From positions 2,081-66,080 of the forward strand of contig CAWEFA010000034.1 in NCBI GenBank assembly GCA_963808135.1: a stretch of DNA of 64,000 bases, read 5' to 3'. This stretch comes from an uncultured Bacteroidota bacterium (GTDB lineage Bacteria > Bacteroidota > Bacteroidia > Bacteroidales > DTGW01). The notes beneath the pieces were generated by a model. It was not told where the DNA came from and did no database searches. It saw nothing but the letters and a program-made list of their open reading frames with translations. The number at the start of each line of letters is the position of its first letter. Positions within the stretch are counted from its first letter, which is position 1. Positions 56,501-64,000 of the stretch are shown one piece after another. Both the position numbers and the translations under genes were made by a program.

Positions 56501-56996
56501 CCCATTAAAAAATATTTTTGCGTTTTTTCTTTTAATATTCCTGCAAGTGTATGTGTTTAACGATATTCAATTTAGCGGGTTTATTAATCCTTATTTCTAT
56601 GTCCTGTTTATTCTATTATTACCTTTTGAAACGCCCGGATGGATATTACTTGTATCAGCATTTTTATTGGGTATTTCCATCGATTTCTTTTCCCAAACAC
56701 TTGGTATGCATGCAACAGCCTGCACATTTATAGCGTTTCTTCGTCCAACGGTTTTAAAAGCTATTTCACCCCGCGATGGATACGAAGTCAATACATTTCC
56801 CCGTATTCATTTTTATGGTTTTATTTGGTTCCTTAAATATTCCCTGATTTTAGTCTTCGCCCATCATTTGGCTCTTTTTTATATGGAAATGTTTCGTTTT
56901 TCAGATTTTTTCTATACAATGGCAAGAGTTGTTTTTAGCACATTATTTACAGGTTTGCTGATTATCATCAGCCAATTTTTTATTTTTCGCCGATAA
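56493..56996 (+). CDS. mreD: Rod shape-determining protein MreD
   Basis: hydrophobic; NPYFYVLFILLLP, GISIDFF..GMHA; operon position. Confidence 0.88.
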   Translation: MINPLKNIFAFFLLIFLQVYVFNDIQFSGFINPYFYVLFILLLPFETPGWILLVSAFLLGISIDFFSQTLGMHATACTFIAFLRPTVLKAISPRDGYEVNTFPRIHFYGFIWFLKYSLILVFAHHLALFYMEMFRFSDFFYTMARVVFSTLFTGLLIIISQFFIFRR

Positions 56997-57018
56997 ATTT
57001 ATTCAATATAAAATTTGA

Positions 57019-58854
57019 ATGAACCCATTTTCTGCACGTCAATTCATTATTGGAGGAATAATCGTTCTTGTATTTTTTATTTTTATTATCCGCTTATTTT
57101 ATATCCAGATTATTGACGATGAATATAAATTTTCCGCGAACAATAACTCCCAACGCTACGTAACGCAATATCCGGCAAGAGGACTTATTTATGACCGCAA
57201 AGGAAAGTTGTTGGTTTGCAACGAGGCAGCTTATGATTTATTCCTGAACAGACAGGAATTAAAGGCATTTGATACAATTGAATTAGCTTCAATTTTAGGC
57301 TTGGATGTTGATCAGTTTAAAAAAATACTGAATAAAATAAAAGCTAATAAAGAATACATTTTTAAAACCGCGCCATTTCTTAACCAGATAACCGATTCGA
57401 CATATGCCATACTTCAGGAAAAAATTTATAAATATCCCGGCTTCTTCGTCCAGCCGCGTACTTTGAGAAAATACGAAAGAAAAACTGCTGCCCATCTGTT
57501 AGGTTATGTGGGAGAAGTTGATTCAACCATTATCAAAAAAGACACATATTATAAAATGGGCGATTACATTGGGATGAGCGGAATAGAAAAAGCTTATGAA
57601 AAAGAATTGAGGGGAAAAAAAGGCGTGACGATTTACCTTGTTGACGTACATAACAGGGTAAAAGGTTCATTTCAAAATGGAAGGTTCGATACGGCATCGA
57701 TTATTCGGGAAAAATATTGATTTCAACTATTGATGCCGAACTTCAGGAATATGGTGAAAAATTAATGGGAAATTTAAAGGCAGCATTGTTGCAATCGAAC
57801 CTTCTACAGGCGAAATATTGGCAATGGTTTCGTCCCCGACATACGATCCTCAATTGCTAGTTGGAAGGGTAAGGTCAAAAAATTACAGCGAACTTAAACA
57901 GGATAACCGGCTTGCTGTTATTCAACCGTGCTATTATGCCCAAATATCCTCCCGGTTCACCATTTAAATTGATTAATGCTATGATTGGGCTTAAAGAAAA
58001 AGTAGTAACCGTGGATCGCAATTTTCCCTGTTATCTGGGTTACTGCAGCCGGAAATATACATGTTAAACTGTCATCCCCATCCATCACCTTTAAATTTAA
58101 TTCATGGCATTCAACATTCATGCAATGCGTATTATTGACAATGTTTTCAGAAGAATTATTGAAAACCCTGATATTCCCGAGCCAGGCTAATGCTTATAAT
58201 GAGTGGCGCAAATTATGTATTAACGTTTGGATTTGGGCATAAATTAGATTCGGATATTTCCAAACGAATTAGCAGGAAATATTCCAAGTTCGGAATATTA
58301 CAATAATATTTATGGTAAGAACGGATGGAAATCGCTGACAATAATTTCATTGGCAATAGGCCAGGGTGAAATTGGGATCACACCGCTCCACATGGCAAAC
58401 ATTGGCAGCCACTATTGCAAACAGAGGTTATTATATAATTCCGCATACCATAAAAAAAATACAAAATATTGATACCATCAACGATCGTTTCACACAAAAA
58501 AATTACACTGCTTTTGATACATCTTTTTTCAGGCCCATTGTCGAAGGCATGGAAATGGCCGTTAACGGCCCGGATGGAGGAACGGCTGCCATAGCTTCAT
58601 TACCAAATATCCGTATTTGCGGAAAAACCGGCACTGCCCAAAATCCTCATGGACAAGAAGACCATTCAATTTTTATTGCATTTGCACCTAAAGACAATCC
58701 TAAAATAGCAATCTCGGTTTATGTTGAAAACGGAGGATTTGGTGCAACGTATGCTGCCCCTATTGCCAGCCTTATGATTGAAAAATATATTACTGATACT
58801 ATATCGCGTCCATGGCTGGAAGCAATATATATTAAACTCAAAAATCCAGTATAA
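57019..58854 (+). CDS. mrdA: Penicillin-binding protein 2 (multiple indels at 57700-58400)
   Basis: YPARGLIYDR, AHLLGYVGEV, YPPGSPFK-like motif near 57945, CGKTGTAQN. Confidence 0.88.
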
Positions 58855-60279
58855 TGAAAAGAACCGTTAACATTTGGAAGAGCCTTGACTGGTTTACCGT
58901 ATTTCTATTTTTAATACTGGTTATAATGGGATGGTTTAATATTTACGCGGCAGTTTTTTCCGAACATCATAAAAGCATATTGGATTTTGATATGCGCTAT
59001 GGGAAGCAATTAATTTGGATAATTGTCGCAATACTAGTGGCAGTTATTATTATGTTTATTGATACCAGGTTTTATTCTTTCTTCTCTTATTTTATTTAGC
59101 TTTTTCAATATTATTGCTTTAGTATTGGTGTTATTTATTGGTTACAAAATAAAAGGCTCCCGTTCATGGTTCGTGTTTTTTGGTATTCATATTCAACCGT
59201 CGGAATTTGCTAAAGTAGCTACTTGCCTTGCGTTAGCAAAGTATTTGAGCGGGTATAATATAAAAATTGAAAAAATTAAAACCGTTTTAACAGCCTTAAT
59301 AATCATATTTACACCTGCATTTTTTATCTTATTACAGCCTGATGTTGGCTCAATTTTAGTTTACTTCGCTTTCATCTTTGTATTGTACCGTGAAGGTTTT
59401 CCCGGTTGGCTGATGTTTTTCGGCTTCCTTCTGGTTGCATTGTTTGTATTGGCTTTATTAATGAACAAGTTTACAATTTTAATTATTTTGATAATTATTG
59501 CAATACTTTCATTGACACTTGCAACAAAACGCTACAAATATTCGGTTTTTGCAGGGTTATCAACCATTTTGTCTTTTTGGGCAATAACCCTGGCTTGTAA
59601 TTTATTTCACAGAAACGTAAACCAATATTTTGTTTTATTGATTTCTGTTGGAATTATAAGTTTTATAGCTGTTTTAATTGTTTTAATCAAAAAAATACCT
59701 AATATTTTTTTGATTATATTTTTCTTTTGGATTGCAATAGGCTTTACTTTTTCCGTAAATTATTTTTTCGATCATGTTCTGGCGCCACATCAGCAAAAAC
59801 GTGTAAATATTTTATTGGGAATTGAATCGGACCTAACCGGGGCAGCATATAATATTGAACAAAGTAAAATTGCAATTGGCTCTGGTGGTTTCATTGGTAA
59901 AGGATATTTGCAAGGCACTCAAACAAAATTTAATTTTGTGCCGGAACAAAGTACCGATTTTATTTTTTGCACCGTTGGCGAGGAATGGGGATTTTTGGGA
60001 TCATTTTTTGTAATAACATTGTTTTTAATTTTAATGCTCAGGCTGATTTTTTTAGCTGAACGGCAACGTTCGACTTTTAGCAGGATTTATGGTTATGGTT
60101 TAATAGTAATTCTATTTTTTCATATAACCATTAATATTGGCATGACAATAGGCGTTTTACCGGTAATCGGTATTCCACTTCCATTTTTTAGCTACGGCGG
60201 TTCATCTTTATGGTCGTTCACAATAATGTTGTTTATTTTTTTAAGGTTCGATGCAAGCAGAATGGAATTGCTCCGATGA
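58854..60279 (+). CDS. rodA: SEDS peptidoglycan glycosyltransferase RodA (indel near 59095)
   Basis: IQPSEFAK, LQPDVG, SKIAIGSGG, PEQSTDFIF, GIPLPFFSYGGSS. Confidence 0.93.
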
Positions 60280-60366
60280 AATTGTTTTTATAATAATTCA
60301 TCCATTGAAATGAATTATTATTTCTTTCATAGGTAATATAAAATTTTGCCTGAATTAAAAAATTGA

Positions 60367-60374
60367 TAATTTTG
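60367..60374 (+). promoter_or_regulatory. Bacteroidota -7 promoter element of tRNA-Leu
   Basis: TAATTTTG 23 nt upstream of the tRNA. Confidence 0.55.
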
Positions 60375-60397
60375 CTTCGCTTTAAATTTGTCAAGCT

Positions 60398-60481
60398 GCC
60401 CGGATGGCGGAATTGGTAGACGCGCTGGTCTCAAACACCAGTGAACTCACCCTCGTGCCGGTTCGATCCCGGCTCCGGGTA
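60398..60481 (+). tRNA. tRNA-Leu(CAA)
   Basis: acceptor stem GCCCGGA/TCCGGGT, D-loop GGAATTGGTAGAC, anticodon arm CTGGT-CTCAAAC-ACCAG, long variable arm, GGTTCGATCCC; CCA not encoded. Confidence 0.95.
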
Positions 60482-60660
60482 CTTATAATAGTTTGATTTA
60501 GTTTTTAGGTTAATTGTATAAAAATGGCTATCTTAAATCATAAACTAATTAAAACAATATCGTCTTTATTTTTTAGCTTTTGAATTAAATAATCTGAATA
60601 TTAATTAAATTTATAGGATTGTTTTTTAATATAATTGCCCTTTTATTTTAAGAGATAATT

Positions 60661-61173
60661 ATGAAAGAAATTGATAAAGCAACAATTAACTCTTATTTAA
60701 CATTTATACTCGATAACGAATTTTATGCCGTAAGTGTAAAAAATGTAATTAATATTGTCGAAGTTTCTAAAATTACAAAAGTCCCAAAAGTTCCGGAATA
60801 CATGCTTGGAATTATTAATCTGAGAGGCATGGTTCTTCCTGTTATTGACGCAAGAAAAAAATTCGGGATTTCAATGGCCGAATATACGGTAAATACATGT
60901 ATTTTGGTGCTTGAAGTTGTTGTTAATAACAATAATGTTTTTGTTGGTGTCCTTGTTGACGGCGTTAAAGAAGTTATTGAAATTGATAATGATGATATTA
61001 AGGATCCTCCTTCAATTGGTTTTAACTATAATAAATATTTTATTTCCGGGGTTTATAATAAAAAAGATGAAGATGTTTTTATTATGATTATGGATATGGA
61101 TTCTGTATTCTCTACAGATGATATTATAAGCATTAATCAGGATTATAGTAGTTACGAAGAACCGGTTATATGA
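60661..61173 (+). CDS. cheW: Chemotaxis coupling protein CheW
   Basis: YLTFIL..YAV, ITKVPKVPEYMLGIINLRGMVLPVID, GVLVDGVKEV. Confidence 0.9.
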   Translation: MKEIDKATINSYLTFILDNEFYAVSVKNVINIVEVSKITKVPKVPEYMLGIINLRGMVLPVIDARKKFGISMAEYTVNTCILVLEVVVNNNNVFVGVLVDGVKEVIEIDNDDIKDPPSIGFNYNKYFISGVYNKKDEDVFIMIMDMDSVFSTDDIISINQDYSSYEEPVI

Positions 61174-61199
61174 TTTCTGCATAATTAAGTTTTTATTTT

Positions 61200-61232
61200 A
61201 ACGGGTGTAAAGCAAGCCCGTTTTTTATTTTT
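61200..61232 (+). terminator. Probable intrinsic terminator after cheW
   Basis: AACGGG..CCCGTT stem followed by a T-rich run. Confidence 0.5.
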
Positions 61233-61298
61233 GGAAATAAATTGAACTTATGGTTTCTCTTATTATTTTAAACTCCTTACTTAATTTCTGAAATAAGA

Positions 61299-61875
61299 AT
61301 GATAAAGAAAGTATGTGTTTTCTGCGCATCAAGCAAGCAAATTTCTAAAGTATATATCGAGGCAGCTTTCAAAGTAGGCCAAATATTGACATGCCAGAAT
61401 ATTGAAATTATATATGGCGGAGGATCGGTAGGGTCAATGGGGGCTTTATCTAAATCGACTTGAATACAAGGACAAATTACCGAGTAATGCCGAAATTTAT
61501 GGTGGAGATGGAATGGGGAAATCCTTCAATTACAAAAATGATAGTGGTTGATACCATTGCCGAGCGTAAAAGCAAACTTATTGAAGATGTTGATGCCGTA
61601 TTGGCTTTGCCTGGTGGCACTGGCACACTGAAGAAATTACAGAAATTATTTCCCTGAAAAAGCTCGGTTTATTTACAAAACCTATTGTAATACTGAATAC
61701 ATGTGGGTTCTACGATTATTTTCTATTGTTCTTCGAAAAAATGATTACAGATAATTTCATCCGCCCTGAACACAGAAAACTATTTGAAATAGCAACAATA
61801 CCGGAAGAGATTATCGAGAAAATTGTAAAAGCCCCGAAATGGAATAACTCGGCAATAAATCTGGCAGCATTGTAA
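61299..61875 (+). CDS. LOG-family protein, second paralogue (indels near 61460 and 61630)
   Basis: KVCVFCASS, YGGGSVGSMG, ERK, LPGGTGTL, KPIVILNTCGFYD in successive frames. Confidence 0.8.
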
Positions 61876-61880
61876 TGCTA

Positions 61881-62195
61881 TTATTTTTTATTTTTCTTTG
61901 CGTTTTCAATTCTTGCCTTATTCCTCGCCATTAGCTGCCTTATGGCCTTATTCACTGAAGCTGTATCGGCAGGAGGCGTGTCGCCGTATGCTATGCCTTC
62001 AAGTTCCCAACCAGGTATTTCACCATAACCGCCTTTCATTTCAGAGTTTGTTACAAGACAATCAGCGCGCCCATATTGGCAGCTTTTTTTTCTAAACAAA
62101 TGTAGCGCTGGTTTTAGCAGCTTTAGGACTTCGACTTCCCAATAGGCATTAGGTTTAACAATTCCTCTCCTAAAAAGCCCATCAACTTCATTTGG
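61881..62195 (-). CDS. C-terminal fragment of an unidentified protein, cut by the fragment junction
   Basis: open frame ending ..ARIENAKKNKK*; its 5' end runs into GC-rich sequence. Confidence 0.45.
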   Translation of the reverse strand, partial: PNEVDGLFRRGIVKPNAYWEVEVLKLLKPALHLFRKKSCQYGRADCLVTNSEMKGGYGEIPGWELEGIAYGDTPPADTASVNKAIRQLMARNKARIENAKKNKK

Positions 62196-62230
62196 GCTCG
62201 CCGGCACGACTGCGGTGCCCGGGGTTCGGA

Positions 62231-62632
62231 CTACTGCGGTGCAAGATCGACGGTAACGGCGTATCCGTTGCCAGTCATGAACTCGGTGACCGTGCCCGCC
62301 AGGTGACCGCCGCTGTTGACGTTCAGATTGCCGCTCATAATGATAGGCGTGTTGAACCCGTATTGGACGGTTCCACTGAGGTGCTCGTCCGACAATAGGG
62401 TCGCTGTGACGATGCCGTTGATGGCGCCGGTGCCGGTGTCGGTCATCGTTCCCGTTGCTTGGCCGGAACCTTGGACCGAGAGCGTCATCTGGCCGCTATC
62501 CGCCAGGATGCCAGACTGCCACGTGCCGGCGTAATTGCCTTTCTGGGCAATGAACGGATTGGACCCTCCGCCACAACCGGCGCCCGCCAGGCACACGATA
62601 ATACAAACGACAACAAACGTTAGAGACTTCAT
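62231..62632 (-). CDS. Hypothetical lipoprotein (beta-rich)
   Basis: GGAGGGAG SD; signal peptide ending LAGAGC-GGGS; Gly/Thr-rich beta strands. Confidence 0.65.
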   Translation of the reverse strand: MKSLTFVVVCIIVCLAGAGCGGGSNPFIAQKGNYAGTWQSGILADSGQMTLSVQGSGQATGTMTDTGTGAINGIVTATLLSDEHLSGTVQYGFNTPIIMSGNLNVNSGGHLAGTVTEFMTGNGYAVTVDLAPQ

Positions 62633-62857
62633 CTCTCCCTCCTTGTGATATCACCGCACGGTGTTCCAGGGCTCACCACTGTCAATAATACGGACTGGCG
62701 GCATCGAGGTTACGCCCAATTCGCAAGAAAAATCGAAGGAAATCCGACAACATAGCCTTAGGGCCCAGCGACTTTGTTGACAGGCCCCGCGATATCACGC
62801 TCGTCACCATTCCGCGGCATGCGGAAGTAGAGCGAAAATCGTGACGCGCAGAATAGG

Positions 62858-62885
62858 TTGGCGGGGCCGATTCGGTGGGTAAGAT
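62858..62885 (+). promoter_or_regulatory. Possible sigma70 promoter giving a leaderless sucC mRNA
   Basis: TTGGCG-N16-TAAGAT with the ATG 6 nt downstream and no SD. Confidence 0.4.
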
Positions 62886-62891
62886 GAGCCT

Positions 62892-64000
62892 ATGAAGCTC
62901 CACGAATACCAATCCAAGGAAGTCCTTGCGCGTGCGGGTGTCCGGTGCCCGGCGGCGAGGTTGCCGACGAACGCGGAGGAGGCCCGATCCATCGCCCGAA
63001 AACTCGACGGCAAAGCGTCGTCAAGCTCAGGTCCTGATGGGGGGCCGTGGCAAGCCCCGGCGGCGTAAAGCCTGAACAGCGCGGACGATGCCGCGGCGTT
63101 CACTTCGGAGCTCATCGGCAAGCGATTGGTCAGCGTGCAGAACCCGACGGGCATGGTGGTAGAGAAGGTGCTGATGCGCAGCAAATCGACATCGCCAAGG
63201 AGATACTACGTCGCGGTGCTTCTAGATCGCGAAGCCCAAAAGCACGTCGTGATGATCTCGGCCAAGGGCGGCATGGACATCGAGGAGGTCGCCGGACCGA
63301 GCCGGAAGCGATCGTTCGCTCCGGGCTGAACCCGCGCTCGGGGATTGAAGGACTTCGAGATCCGGAAGGCCGTGTCCGCTGCGAAGTCCCCGCACACGCG
63401 CAAAACCAGATGGTCAACATGGTTAAGAGGCTCGTGAAGGCATACCAAGAAGCGGATGCGACATGGTCGAGGTAAATCCGTGTGCTTGGACTACGGACGG
63501 CAAATTGCTGGCCGCCGACGCGAAGGTCGGAATCGACGAAAGCGCGCTGTATCGGCACAAGGATTACGCCGCCACGGCGGAAGCAAGCGCCGAAGATCCA
63601 CTGGAGGCCGAAGCGGCTCGGCGAGGAATCGCCTACGTCAAGCTGAACGGCGACATCGGGATCATCGGAAATGGAGCAGGCTTGGTGATGTGCTCCTTGG
63701 ACGAAGTATCGGCGGCTGGAGGGCGCCCTGCGAACTTCCTCGACGTCGGTGGCGGAGCCAAAGCGGAACGAGTGAAGAGCTGCGTGGAACTGATCTTGAT
63801 GGACGAACGCGTCAGGGCCTTCTGATCAACATCTTCGGCGGCATCACGAGATGCGACGGTTGCCAAGGGCATTCTCCAAGCATTCGACGAACTCGACGTC
63901 AGGGTACCGGTGGTTGCAAGGATTGAAGGGACGGCCGCAGGAAGAAGGTAGAAAGATGCTCTTGGGCACGAGCCTCGTGCCGGCAACCACGATGCAGGAA
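62892..64000 (+). CDS. sucC: Succinyl-CoA synthetase beta subunit (many indels, runs off the window)
   Basis: MKLHEYQSKE, GGRGK, GGMDIEEVA, EVNP, DAK, GNGAGLVM, PANFLDVGGGA, INIFGGITRCD. Confidence 0.9.

Noticed and set aside
57019..60279. Pseudogenisation of mrdA and rodA, suggesting loss of rod shape
   Set aside because: Motifs remain intact across frames, mreBCD are intact, and the same indel pattern affects pyrC, ilvB, ilvD, fadD and sucC; sequencing error is more likely, though reads should be checked
60398..61300. Genomic island integrated at tRNA-Leu
   Set aside because: No integrase and no duplicated tRNA 3' end visible

Overview
The window is not one genome. It reads as four concatenated, error-prone fragments. 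(1) 1 to ~1360: GC-rich bacterium with a REP-like inverted-repeat mosaic, fabZ and a truncated GNAT-like gene. (2) ~1360 to ~8700: archaeon, probably Bathyarchaeia-like, with a membrane-anchored wHTH regulator, a radical SAM/SPASM enzyme, two tandem GT-C glycosyltransferases and a stand-alone corrinoid-binding protein. (3) ~8900 to ~62195: AT-rich Bacteroidales chromosome with TAnnTTTG promoters, mostly housekeeping genes (nadD, mqnA, purB, siaBC, ligA, pyrC, uvrA, ilvDBN, ettA, hisS, purH, mreBCD-mrdA-rodA, tRNA-Leu, cheW) and one intact IS701-like element. (4) ~62195 to 64000: GC-rich bacterium with a lipoprotein and sucC. Many conserved genes carry single-base indels that look like long-read errors. 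Best observations: an unannotated Ile/Val/Leu-rich leader peptide with full attenuator geometry upstream of ilvD; a LigA with a ~170-aa insertion of two extra HhH modules and a QMDLF clamp-binding-like motif; a gene pair encoding a tandem-Ig/SPOR-like protein and a beta-barrel/TSP3/EF-hand protein; an orphan GldN-like lipoprotein; and a helically phased CTTTG/CAAAG palindrome. I found no CRISPR array, reverse transcriptase or prophage. Family assignments come from motif recognition by eye, not database searches.
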